Source: Oligoflexales bacterium (GTDB lineage Bacteria; Bdellovibrionota_B; Oligoflexia; Oligoflexales; Bog-1112). Taken from it: a stretch of DNA of 55,033 nt. Within the stretch, counting starts at the first letter, position 1; every line of letters starts with the position of its first letter. Location of the stretch: NCBI GenBank assembly GCA_045106415.1, contig JBGCEP010000044.1, forward strand, positions 1 to 55,033, in the 5' to 3' direction. Of this stretch, positions 9,753-19,338 are shown piece after piece. The notes beneath the pieces were generated by a model that saw only the letters and a list, made by a program, of their open reading frames with translations, was not told the DNA's origin and did no database searches. The translations under genes were made by a program, and so were the position numbers.

Positions 9753-9979
9753 CCCTCCATAGAAAATCTATCGACGGAAACCAGGCAAAAATGAGCGAGC
9801 TCCAAAACCCTGTGAGAAAAAGAAGGGAAGAACCTCGCTATCATTGAGGCTATCAACATAATGATATCAAAACAGAAAATTCTATTTATTGCAGTTTATA
9901 AAAGGTTTCAATTGAGTTTCACAGAAGAGCTCCGATGAGTGATTCACTGGGCAAGATTGTCCACCCTACGGAGAAACTC

Positions 9980-11434
9980 ATGCGTCTTTATACCTATCTT
10001 TGCTTCTTCATCCTCGGGCATATCCCTCTTCAACTCAGAGGAAGCGCAGTAGGACAAAGCATCGATAGTCCCCTTTCCCACCTAGAAAAAGACTTATGGC
10101 AAGCCTCACCGGAGGAACTTCCCTTTATAGAGGCGCGAATCACCAGAGAAATTCAAAATAACCCTGACTCGCTGATGGGACACTACCTTCTCAATCAGTT
10201 TCTCATAAGAAGCTACAGAGCTTCTCCTTCTCAAAGCTATCTGCTTGAGCAAGCTGCGCAAATCGCATTCCAAACCATGGAACTTGCTCCTGAGAGCGAA
10301 CTTGGAGTTATTTCCATTCTTGATACATTAGACGCCATGGGAAGAGAGGCTGAAGTAGAAACCCTACTCAACCGACAGCAACTCGCGTTTTCAAAAGCAT
10401 CATGGCGTTACCGATTAGCAAAAATCAGACGTTTAGAAGCTTCTCAAAACCCTCAACACATGTTCCAAGAGCTTCGACAGATCATGTCTGCCCCTGAATC
10501 CTTGAGAGAAGTCGTCGCAGCATACGTCGTCAGCTTACTCAAAAGTCATCACAAGGGGGAAGACCTCATCACAAAACTCGCCGCTTGGCATAAGGATTTC
10601 CCCTCTCCAACATTTATCTTCACAATGGCTAACGAGTACGCTACGCAAAAAAAATTCCAAAAAGCCCACTTATTTTATAAAAAACTCTACCAAAAATCTC
10701 GATATAAAGACAAAGGATATGAGGATGAAGCTTTAATCAATGACGGCATTATTCTCACAAAACACCTCAAACGTCACCGCCAAGCAATCGCTCTACTAAA
10801 AAAGAGAATAAAGCACCTAGGAAATCGCCCTATCCGACAACGTTACAGCCTCACACAATTACACGCTCACCTTGGATGGGCGTATCTCCACATTGGTAAC
10901 AACGCACAATCTCACACACATTTTCTAAAAAGCCTTGAACTCACTGAAAACACTGAGCAAATGATTCTTTTCATTCAACAAGCTCATCACTCTAAAACAC
11001 ATCATTTTATTCATTTGATGAAAAAAGCTATTCATAACATTCCAGGCAATGCACACATGCACGCCTCCATCGCTCAGGCTTATACGAAACAAAAAAAATT
11101 CAAAACATCACAAGAGTATTGGGAAAACGCGATCCTTCTACAACCAGAACAAAGCCAATTTTATACAGCTATGGGGTTAAGCTTTTATCACTTATCAGAT
11201 TATGAAAAAGCAAGCCTTTGGTTTCAACGCGCCGTTGACATCAACAATAATGATGCTCACGCAGCATACAATCTCGCTTGCATGCTAAGCCTCACAGGAG
11301 AAAACGACGGAGCTCTTGAAGCCTTAGAGCAAGCTTTCCAGCTTGATCCAAGTCTACGCACCTACGCACCAAAAGACAGCGACCTTAAAAGCCTCCATCA
11401 CCTTGTGCACTTCCAAAAAATCACGCAAACATAA
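9980..11434 (+). CDS. Exported tetratricopeptide-repeat protein
   Basis: Probable start ATG 9980 after GGAGA; hydrophobic signal-like N-terminus; multiple TPRs ending in AAYNLACMLSLTGE..ALEALEQAFQLDP...DSDLKSL. Confidence 0.75.
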   Translation: MRLYTYLCFFILGHIPLQLRGSAVGQSIDSPLSHLEKDLWQASPEELPFIEARITREIQNNPDSLMGHYLLNQFLIRSYRASPSQSYLLEQAAQIAFQTMELAPESELGVISILDTLDAMGREAEVETLLNRQQLAFSKASWRYRLAKIRRLEASQNPQHMFQELRQIMSAPESLREVVAAYVVSLLKSHHKGEDLITKLAAWHKDFPSPTFIFTMANEYATQKKFQKAHLFYKKLYQKSRYKDKGYEDEALINDGIILTKHLKRHRQAIALLKKRIKHLGNRPIRQRYSLTQLHAHLGWAYLHIGNNAQSHTHFLKSLELTENTEQMILFIQQAHHSKTHHFIHLMKKAIHNIPGNAHMHASIAQAYTKQKKFKTSQEYWENAILLQPEQSQFYTAMGLSFYHLSDYEKASLWFQRAVDINNNDAHAAYNLACMLSLTGENDGALEALEQAFQLDPSLRTYAPKDSDLKSLHHLVHFQKITQT

Positions 11435-11437
11435 ACA

Positions 11438-12619
11438 TCACATTAAAGTTTCTAACGATCGAGGGTACTTCAGAATACTTTGCACACTCTCAATGTACTC
11501 TTCATGCCCAGCTGTCCAAAGACTTTGCTTTAAATCAACATGCCCTCTCTCAAGACTTGCCATAGAGGCTTCAGTCCCTAGAATTAACTTCATTGGATTT
11601 TTTGTATACTCATACTCATATGGAGGCTCTTTCCACGCAAAGCGATCTCCACCTTGCTGCTTCAATTGATCACACAACACAACCGACATTGCAAACATTC
11701 TAGCTTTTTGAATATCTGTCACTTTCAGATGAAGACCTCGGCACTCTTGATCTTTCCACTTCCCTGATGTTGGCATAAAGCCAACAGAACGCATTTTTAA
11801 CCCTTGATCCAAACCTGCGTCACAAATCGCTCTACCCAAAGAGTCACCATCTTTCACCCAAGGAGCACCAATAAGCTGAAAAGGCATTCCTGTGCCTCGT
11901 CCCTCTGAAATATTAGTCCCCTCAAAAATCACAGTCCCAACATAAGGAAGAACAGTATCCAAAGTCGGCAGGTTAGGAGAAGTCAACACCCAGTCACGAC
12001 CGTCTTGACTCCAATCCAACTCAGGATTCCAGCCCTCAATGCCAACCACATCATACTCAGCATGAATCTTCGTATTTGCAAGCGAACCCATTTCACCTAA
12101 AGTCAGACCATGCCTCATTGGAACGGCATGCCCACCCACAAATGAGAAAAGCTCTTCTTCAACACAAGGACCTTCAATATACCGCCCCCCTAAAGGGTTC
12201 GGTCGGTCGAGCACAACAACACGGCAATCAAATTTTTGCGCAGCCCGCAAACATCCCACCAAAGTCCATTTGAACGTATAAACACGACACCCTACATTCT
12301 GTAAATCAACAACGATCGTATCTACATTCTGCAGCATCTGTTCAGTGGGTTCCCTTGTTTCGCTGTAAAGGCTATAAACAGGCAAAGAACCTGTCATATC
12401 ATGTTCCGTCTCAATCATATTGTCTTGAACTGTCCCCAAAACCCCATGCTGAGGAGCCATAAGGGCAACTAACCGGTCTTTACCAAAGGCTTCTTGACAC
12501 ACATGAACACTGTGCTTCCATTCTTTTGTCACCGACGCTTGATTTACAACTAAAGCACACCGCCCCCAGTGTTTTGCAATGGATGGGTCGGCTTGAAGGC
12601 GCTCAAGACCAATTTTCAT
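11438..12619 (-). CDS. namZ: Exo-beta-N-acetylmuramidase NamZ family (DUF1343/YbbC)
   Basis: ALMAPQHG, LPVYSLYSETREPT, VDLQNVGCRVYTF, VLDRPNPLGG, PMRHGLTLGE, SPNLPT, EGTNISEGRGT. Confidence 0.9.
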   Translation of the reverse strand: MKIGLERLQADPSIAKHWGRCALVVNQASVTKEWKHSVHVCQEAFGKDRLVALMAPQHGVLGTVQDNMIETEHDMTGSLPVYSLYSETREPTEQMLQNVDTIVVDLQNVGCRVYTFKWTLVGCLRAAQKFDCRVVVLDRPNPLGGRYIEGPCVEEELFSFVGGHAVPMRHGLTLGEMGSLANTKIHAEYDVVGIEGWNPELDWSQDGRDWVLTSPNLPTLDTVLPYVGTVIFEGTNISEGRGTGMPFQLIGAPWVKDGDSLGRAICDAGLDQGLKMRSVGFMPTSGKWKDQECRGLHLKVTDIQKARMFAMSVVLCDQLKQQGGDRFAWKEPPYEYEYTKNPMKLILGTEASMASLERGHVDLKQSLWTAGHEEYIESVQSILKYPRSLETLM

Positions 12620-12846
12620 TTTGCGACAGCCTCATTCAACAGTTTTTGCACACACCCTTCCAAGGACTCAGCTGAAACAGAAGGCAACTGTTGAGACTCA
12701 TCAGAATTATGCTCACCAAACCCTGCGTATTGAGTGTTAGAGTATTCATTCACTTCCAGCTTCCAGGTCACACCTTTCGATAAATATAAAAATGTATGAA
12801 CCTTCATTAATTTGCCACTTGGAAGCTTGATTTGAGACCAATCCAT
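12616..12846 (-). CDS. Small hypothetical protein, translationally coupled to namZ
   Basis: AGGGAG Shine-Dalgarno before ATG 12846; ATGA overlap with the namZ start. Confidence 0.65.
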   Translation of the reverse strand: MDWSQIKLPSGKLMKVHTFLYLSKGVTWKLEVNEYSNTQYAGFGEHNSDESQQLPSVSAESLEGCVQKLLNEAVAK

Positions 12847-12947
12847 AGGGCTCCCTTTCACAGAATATTGGAGATAGACTGTGAAATTTTAACCTGAAAA
12901 ACCCTAGGAATCCAGCTCAGTTCTTAAAATAAAAGAGAAGATTGATT

Positions 12948-13217
12948 TCAGTTCTGAGATAAAGACCGAGACTCATCTTTAAACTGTTTTAAAATTTGAT
13001 CAACTTGACCACCTTTTGCTTGCTTCAAAACCGCTTGAATACGAAGCATTTGCAGCTCAATGTGAACCCTTAAATCAGCAGCTGGAATCACTTGGGAAAG
13101 ATTCACAGCTGACGCCGGAGAGCGCACATCCTGGTGAACTTCCACAACACCGTACACAGAAACAGAATAACCCACACTCAACAGCGAAAAAAGCATCATA
13201 CGAGAAAGACGTTTCAT
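12948..13217 (-). CDS. Small secreted hypothetical protein
   Basis: GGAG Shine-Dalgarno before ATG 13217; MKRLSRMMLFSLLSVGYSVSVYG signal peptide. Confidence 0.6.
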   Translation of the reverse strand: MKRLSRMMLFSLLSVGYSVSVYGVVEVHQDVRSPASAVNLSQVIPAADLRVHIELQMLRIQAVLKQAKGGQVDQILKQFKDESRSLSQN

Positions 13218-13329
13218 AGAGGACTCCATAAGACTTGGGGCGATTCCCATCCTCTAAGAAGTCTTATACACTCGTTCGGCAAAAAGCCTACTTTCTAAAG
13301 AATTAATTTTAAAACCATGAAATTAAACA

Positions 13330-13722
13330 TTAAACAGGAACTCTTGAGGGACTCTCTGCTAAGTATTTCATATATTTTTCTTTCTGATCGAGCTCCATCT
13401 GCACCAAAGTAATTGCGATTCCCGGTTGAGTGAGATGCCCCTTTTCGTCCGCAGGATAAACAACTCGAGCCATCTTACCGTTAAAAAAGATCACTTCATC
13501 TGGAGTAAGATGGAGCCAGACTTCAAGAATACTCGCAGGGTTGAATGGAAATCGCCCTGGCCTTTCAAAATCAAGAAAGAAACCACGATCTGAGATATCA
13601 CGAGTTTCCAAAGTGTACCGCACCGTCGATCCAATAGACCCAATTTCCACAGGAATCGGAGTCTTAAGAAAAACACGATGATTCACTCTATTCTCTCTTT
13701 TGTTCGCTGACGAATCTCCCAC
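13330..13722 (-). CDS. Single-domain PilZ protein (putative c-di-GMP receptor)
   Basis: RxxxR (RVNHR) and DxSxxG (DISDRG) signature followed by a beta-barrel-like pattern. Confidence 0.85.
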   Translation of the reverse strand: MGDSSANKRENRVNHRVFLKTPIPVEIGSIGSTVRYTLETRDISDRGFFLDFERPGRFPFNPASILEVWLHLTPDEVIFFNGKMARVVYPADEKGHLTQPGIAITLVQMELDQKEKYMKYLAESPSRVPV

Positions 13723-13740
13723 ACAACCCCCTTTATGAGA

Positions 13741-14793
13741 CTAGCTTTGACTTTTAGCCAGCTCTTCATCAATCACCCTTTTAAACTCAGGGTATGGCAG
13801 AGCACCTGATAAGCGACGACCGTTAATAAAAAACGCAGGCGTACCTGTCACACCTAGCTGAATTCCGGAACGGTAGTTGGCATCAACAATAGCCTCCGCT
13901 TCCGCAGGCTTGTCCAAGCACTCTTTAAATTTTTTCATATCCAAAGAAATCTTCTCTGCATATTTTAGCAGATCTGCAGAATCAAGGTTTCTTTGGTTCT
14001 CAAATAGAATATCATAATAGGCCCAGTACTTATCAGCGCCTTGAAACTTAGCACATTGCGACGCAACAGCAGCAGGTCGAGCTTTTGGATGAAAATTAAG
14101 AGGGAAATCTCTCACAGCCCATGCAACCTTTCCTTTATACTCTTCCAAAACTTTTTCACTTGTAGGAAGCACTCGTGAACAGAACGGACACTGAAACTCT
14201 GAATATTCAATAATTGTCACTGCACAGCCTTTTTTGCCACACACTGAGCTATCAACATCTGTCAATTTAGGGCCATAACGCACACGATCATCTTTATTAA
14301 GCGCCACCTGATATACAGGTTCCTGCGGCTCAGAAAGAAGGATGACTAAATCACCATTTTTTTGAGCAGTACGTACCATTTCTTCACGTAGTTTACGCAT
14401 CTCAAGGCTACGTAAATAGCTGCCAACCTCTTTTTCCTGCTGCTCTTTTGACATCGCTGCCAATTGAGGCTCGTCTTTATATTGGCTCAGAGTCTTTTCA
14501 ATCTGATCTTTGCTAATTTTAACGTTTTTATCAAAAAAGTTTTTTTCTGCTTCTTGTGGAGTTTTTGAAACTTTTTTAGCCTCTTTCTCCCAATAGGCTT
14601 TAAAATAACTTTCTGTCGCAGCATCCTTAACTAAATCAAATCTCTTTTGCTCCAACTCATAAAATGCTGCCTGTTCAGCCCTGCGCACAGAAGACAACGG
14701 TGTCTTCTTTCCAAAAATCTTATAAGCGTCCTCTGCATGACCAAGAACACTCACTCCCACTAAACACATTCCTAAAATTTTCTTAAAGACCAC
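13741..14793 (-). CDS. DsbA-like thioredoxin-fold oxidoreductase with N-terminal helical extension
   Basis: Signal peptide; EYSEFQCPFC, RDFPLNFH, GVTGTPAFFING..LSGA. Confidence 0.9.
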   Translation of the reverse strand: MVFKKILGMCLVGVSVLGHAEDAYKIFGKKTPLSSVRRAEQAAFYELEQKRFDLVKDAATESYFKAYWEKEAKKVSKTPQEAEKNFFDKNVKISKDQIEKTLSQYKDEPQLAAMSKEQQEKEVGSYLRSLEMRKLREEMVRTAQKNGDLVILLSEPQEPVYQVALNKDDRVRYGPKLTDVDSSVCGKKGCAVTIIEYSEFQCPFCSRVLPTSEKVLEEYKGKVAWAVRDFPLNFHPKARPAAVASQCAKFQGADKYWAYYDILFENQRNLDSADLLKYAEKISLDMKKFKECLDKPAEAEAIVDANYRSGIQLGVTGTPAFFINGRRLSGALPYPEFKRVIDEELAKSQS

Positions 14794-14942
14794 ACAATCC
14801 CCCTATTTCTTCGTTTCTTCGAGCATGACAGATTTTTTCCATGAAATCACCCACAAGTCAAAGGAGCTTCTGTCTTGACCATGATTCTATTTCCATCTTA
14901 AAGTGCAACACCAGGGCTTGTCATGACAACAGGATGGACTAT

Positions 14943-15476
14943 ATGGCTTCAGACACCAACATTATTTGGATTGATCTAGAAATGACCGGTCTCAATCCGG
15001 AAAAAGACACGATTCTAGAAATTGCAGGAATTGTTACAAACTCTGAGCTTGAAGAGCTAGATTGCCACAAGGGTTTTGCTCTTCAGCACACAGAAGCACA
15101 GCTCAAAGCGATGGATGAATGGAACACGACACACCACAGCTCCTCAGGTCTTTGGGACAGCGCTCTGAAGTCAGACATTCAAACCGACGCCGCTGCTCAA
15201 ATTTTTATCGATTTCATCAGCCCTCACGTCACTAAAGGAAAGGCTATCTTAGCCGGCAACTCCATTTGGCAAGACCGTCGCTTCTTAACTCGCCACATGC
15301 CGACCCTTGAAGAGTGGTTCCACTATCGTATGATCGATGTTTCTACCCTCAAATGCCTTCACCAAATGTGGAAACCAAATGCCAAAAATTTTGAGAAAAA
15401 AAACCAGCATAGAGCTTTAGATGATATCCGAGAAAGCGTAGCAGAACTCAGATGGTATCGAGAACAAGGTTTATGA
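14943..15476 (+). CDS. orn: Oligoribonuclease
   Basis: IIWIDLEMTGL, LAGNSIWQDRRFL, FHYRMIDVSTLK, HRALDDIRESVAEL; start uncertain (14934 or 14943). Confidence 0.95.
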   Translation: MASDTNIIWIDLEMTGLNPEKDTILEIAGIVTNSELEELDCHKGFALQHTEAQLKAMDEWNTTHHSSSGLWDSALKSDIQTDAAAQIFIDFISPHVTKGKAILAGNSIWQDRRFLTRHMPTLEEWFHYRMIDVSTLKCLHQMWKPNAKNFEKKNQHRALDDIRESVAELRWYREQGL

Positions 15477-16219
15477 AACTTGTTGTGCTGCCAGCGTTTG
15501 CCGCTTGGCCTCAAGGAGAAATAACAACTGCAGAACTTGAAGCCACACACCACATCTCAACAAAAAGACGTAAATATGAATTCTTAAGAAGCCGAGCTCT
15601 TTTTCATTCCGTAACACACTCCACCGGGTCGTGTCTTCCTAGAAAAAATGCTCCCCCTCTATGGCCTGACCACATCAACGCGAGCCTTTCTCATAAGCAC
15701 GGGCATATCGCTCTTCTTACGCACCAGAACAAACAACGCACTCTCGGCGTTGATATTGAAAACAACCGCAGCTTATCAGAAACAGCGCAACAAAAACTGT
15801 TCACAAAACAGGAAAGAAATATTTTACAACAAACTGAAGGCTATTCTCTACATAGTGACATTCTGGGGTTTAGCCTAAAAGAAAGCATCGTAAAATGCTT
15901 ACACGGGATATTTTCACCCATAGAAGCATGGAGGCATGTCGAAATCAAAGACATCACCCCCACAGAGAATCTAGCAATTGCTTCATCCCCATGTGGAGAA
16001 GAAGTGTTTTGCCAATGGTCTCTGTGTATGGGGGGGCAGTGGTTGGTTTCATCAGCCTATCGGCCTACTAAGAAAGGCCTAGTTGACGACGATAAAACGT
16101 GGGAAGCGCAAATACTGCCTTCAGCATATCCTGATTTAGATATTGAAGGTCTTTCTCAACCGCAGCAAGGCGGCTTAGATCCAACTGCGACAAGTCTAAA
16201 GGCCTATTTGCAGCCATAG
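15473..16219 (+). CDS. 4'-phosphopantetheinyl transferase (EntD/Sfp-like)
   Basis: KRRKYEFLRSR, PLWP..INASLSHK, LGVDIE, FSLKESIVKC; ATGA overlap with orn; 3' end overlaps speE. Confidence 0.8.
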   Translation: MKLVVLPAFAAWPQGEITTAELEATHHISTKRRKYEFLRSRALFHSVTHSTGSCLPRKNAPPLWPDHINASLSHKHGHIALLTHQNKQRTLGVDIENNRSLSETAQQKLFTKQERNILQQTEGYSLHSDILGFSLKESIVKCLHGIFSPIEAWRHVEIKDITPTENLAIASSPCGEEVFCQWSLCMGGQWLVSSAYRPTKKGLVDDDKTWEAQILPSAYPDLDIEGLSQPQQGGLDPTATSLKAYLQP

Positions 16220-16910
16220 TCCATGTCCAGTGTGCATTTGGATAAGTTGGCACAACTCCTTGCATAGGCTTCACTTCTCGAAACGCTGAAGAAATCTGGC
16301 CATAAACTTTTTGTTGCTGCACTTGGTTCATCCAAACAGAGTCGGTTTGCGCAACCATCAACCCATCAGGTTTGAGAGCTTTTGCAACCGAACGATAAAA
16401 CACATCTGTAAACAAACCTTCTCCAGGCCCAATAGGGTCTGCCGAATCCACTAAAATAAGATCTGCGTGATTTTCCAGCTCGTTCATATAAGCGATACCA
16501 TCACCGACCTTAACTGTAACTTTGTCATGCTCAAACGCAGAAGCAACACCCGGAAGGAACTCCAAACTTGCATCAATCACCATTTGATCAATTTCACATA
16601 ACGTAATGTGTTTCACAGCGTCATGCTTCACAAGCTCTCTTAATGTGCCGCCGTCACCACCACCGATAACAACCACCTCCTCTGGAGATTGATGCATACA
16701 TACAGCAGGATGTGAAATCATTTCGTGATAAACGAACTCATCTCTTTCTGTCAGCATGACAAAGCCATCCACTGCCAGAAGGCGTCCCCAGTGCTTTGTT
16801 TGGAACACTTCTACTTTTTGATATGCGGATTGCCCACTGAATAAAACATCTTCAATAGCAAAACCATAACGTCGGCCTTGGCCATCTTCTTCTGTAAACC
16901 AAACGGACAT
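16068..16910 (-). CDS. speE: Polyamine aminopropyltransferase (spermidine synthase)
   Basis: QSAYQKV, DEFVYHEMISH, VIGGGDGG, CEID, DSADPIGPG, VPTYP. Confidence 0.95.
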   Translation of the reverse strand: MSVWFTEEDGQGRRYGFAIEDVLFSGQSAYQKVEVFQTKHWGRLLAVDGFVMLTERDEFVYHEMISHPAVCMHQSPEEVVVIGGGDGGTLRELVKHDAVKHITLCEIDQMVIDASLEFLPGVASAFEHDKVTVKVGDGIAYMNELENHADLILVDSADPIGPGEGLFTDVFYRSVAKALKPDGLMVAQTDSVWMNQVQQQKVYGQISSAFREVKPMQGVVPTYPNAHWTWTMAANRPLDLSQLDLSRLAAVEKDLQYLNQDMLKAVFALPTFYRRQLGLS

Positions 16911-16919
16911 AATTCCCCT

Positions 16920-17612
16920 CTAACGCTGATTTTTTTCCTGATTGCGAACATATTCAAAAAACGCCGCCTGATCATCAAGAGGGTCTCTTGCACTATGATT
17001 CGACGCATGATTATTACCGTCATGCCAATTTCCACCGCCGCTGCCACTATTTCCACTATTGTTATTTTGATTCCAATGACCTTGCGACTGATGACGCTTA
17101 AAGTTTTGGTTGCGGTAGCCTTTTGTGTGTCGATGATTTTGATTATTATTGTGCTGATGGCCTTGAGACGTACTCGAAGACGACTTCATTGTCGTTTTTC
17201 TTTCCATAATTTCCCAAGCCCTCAACACCAAACCTTCTGCCAACAACTCAGAAGCCAACTCTTCTGGGGTCACCCCCTCACCGTGAGCTTTATATTTCAG
17301 TTTATAAGCAAGGCTCGATGAAATTTGAAGCTTAAGAACACTTTTTGATTCTTTCGCCTTTGTTGTCACAGACGATTGCTCAGAAACATCTTGCTCTACG
17401 TTTGACTTTTCTTGACTCACCTTTAGGACCTCAGATTGTTTCTTAGCTTGTTTCTTAACTTCCGGCAAAGATTCAGCAACGAGCTCGGAGTTTGAGCTTT
17501 TCTCAGGGACAAGTTTACGAGCAGAGCGTAAAGTCTTAGGCTTTGAGCCCTTCACAGGCTTTTTTTCCTGATCTAACTGATCTTCTGCAACTTGACTTAA
17601 ATCTTTTTTCAC
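16920..17612 (-). CDS. Hypothetical protein with a central ribbon-helix-helix-like segment and an N/Q/G/H-rich low-complexity C-terminal region
   Basis: GTG start after GGAGAG; 9 bp upstream of speE; central VLKLQISSSLAYKLKYKAHGEGVTPEELASELL. Confidence 0.7.
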   Translation of the reverse strand: MKKDLSQVAEDQLDQEKKPVKGSKPKTLRSARKLVPEKSSNSELVAESLPEVKKQAKKQSEVLKVSQEKSNVEQDVSEQSSVTTKAKESKSVLKLQISSSLAYKLKYKAHGEGVTPEELASELLAEGLVLRAWEIMERKTTMKSSSSTSQGHQHNNNQNHRHTKGYRNQNFKRHQSQGHWNQNNNSGNSGSGGGNWHDGNNHASNHSARDPLDDQAAFFEYVRNQEKNQR

Positions 17613-17815
17613 AGTTCAACTCTCCAATTGCAACAAACGCAATAGCTATCCACGGATTTTTTCCATGTTTTATGATGCTGACTTTTTTGATAGATTTTTC
17701 GAGTACCCAGACGTAACGATCTGGTTGCGCTGGATGCTATCATGGTCATAGCCAGTGAAGCAACATGAAACCGACAGGCCTAGCAAAAGAATCACTCAGA
17801 AAAACGGAGAAGATC

Positions 17816-19318
17816 TTGAAACTCAATCTCATTTTTCAAAACCTTTTTTATCTATCAACTTTATTCGCTGGAACACAGTCATGGAGCAAGCCTATCACTC
17901 TTGCGTGGGAGAGTTTTCCCAGAAGCGTTGACCCTCGTTTTGCCCTTGACGCCAACAGTCAGTACATATCTGAACTCTTGCACTGCCAACTGATAAGCTT
18001 TGATCAAAACGGTCAAATCTTGCTTGATTTAGCACAATCAACAACATGGAAAAAAGAAACTGTACTCGAAGTTCAACTTAAATCAGACATAAAATTTCGA
18101 GATCATACAAAAGTCACAACAAAAGACGTTGCCGCTACATACAACTATTTTCTCCAAAAAGACTTAAAACACCCTAGCCCTCGAAGTGTTGCTTTTCAAA
18201 ACCTTGAGAGTCTCAAAGTTCTATCTGAAAACATAATACAATTTCACCTCAAACAACCAGATGCTAGTTTTATAAACAACCTTGTTATAGGAGTTTTACC
18301 TCACTCTGCAGTCAAGGATACCGTGCTCACACTAGATTCAACACCTTCCAATTGTGGTCCATTTCAGCCAAGTGACCATGGTAGCCACCATATTTCCTTA
18401 GCCAGCAATCCTCAGTATACTCTTGCTCCACCTGCCAAGTCTTCGATCACTATTAAAATAGTCCAAGACGAGACGACTCGATACGCTAAACTTAAAGCTG
18501 GAGAACTGGACCTTGTTCAAAATTTAATCTCAAGAGAGAAGCTTGAAGAGTTTTCCAAAGATGAAAACTTTAAACTCATAAAAAAAACAGGACTTCGAAC
18601 ATCCTATATCGGCTTCAACATGAAAGACCGGGTCCTGAAGCACCCAGAAGTAAGAAAAGCGATCGATCTTGCTATCAACAGAGACGCTATCATCAAGCAT
18701 TTATTAAAAGGATATGCAACTCCTGCAAAAACAATGCTTTTGCCACATGACCCATTTTCAAATTCTCAAATTCCTAAAACACAGCATCAATTCACTAAAG
18801 CAAAAAAATTAATTCAATCACTTACAAAAAAACCTCTTCGTCTTAAACTCACAACAACGACGGATCGCACACGCATGCTTGTTGCAAAAGCAATACAACA
18901 AGATCTAAGAAAAATAGGTATTCAACTCGACGTTCAATCCTTAGAGTGGGGACGTTTTAAGCAAGAAGTTGAAAACGGTCACATCCAAATGTGGATGCTC
19001 GAATGGGTTGGTTTTAAAGACCCTGATATTCTTCGCTATGCTTTTTCAAGTGATTTCACTCCACCTAATGGCGGCAATCGCGGATGGTTTAAAAACAAAG
19101 AGTTCGATACACTCAGTTCATTAGCTCAACAAACCACTGATTTTAGCAAGAGAAAAGAATACTACACACGCATGCAAAATATTATTCATAAAGAAAAACC
19201 TTATATTTATTTATGGCATGAAGATATGGTGGCAGTTCACCGCACTAACCTTCACCACTTTAAGCTTTATGCCGATGGACGACTCCGTTCGATGTCTCAT
19301 ACCACTCTTCAACAGTAA
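17816..19318 (+). CDS. Peptide/nickel ABC transporter substrate-binding protein (SBP family 5)
   Basis: PRSVDPRFALD, FRDHTKVTTKDV, CGPF, YIGFNMKD..VRKAIDLAINR, NRGWFKN; TTG start after GGAGA. Confidence 0.9.
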   Translation: MKLNLIFQNLFYLSTLFAGTQSWSKPITLAWESFPRSVDPRFALDANSQYISELLHCQLISFDQNGQILLDLAQSTTWKKETVLEVQLKSDIKFRDHTKVTTKDVAATYNYFLQKDLKHPSPRSVAFQNLESLKVLSENIIQFHLKQPDASFINNLVIGVLPHSAVKDTVLTLDSTPSNCGPFQPSDHGSHHISLASNPQYTLAPPAKSSITIKIVQDETTRYAKLKAGELDLVQNLISREKLEEFSKDENFKLIKKTGLRTSYIGFNMKDRVLKHPEVRKAIDLAINRDAIIKHLLKGYATPAKTMLLPHDPFSNSQIPKTQHQFTKAKKLIQSLTKKPLRLKLTTTTDRTRMLVAKAIQQDLRKIGIQLDVQSLEWGRFKQEVENGHIQMWMLEWVGFKDPDILRYAFSSDFTPPNGGNRGWFKNKEFDTLSSLAQQTTDFSKRKEYYTRMQNIIHKEKPYIYLWHEDMVAVHRTNLHHFKLYADGRLRSMSHTTLQQ

Positions 19319-19338
19319 AAAAGACCTCAGGAGGTTGC

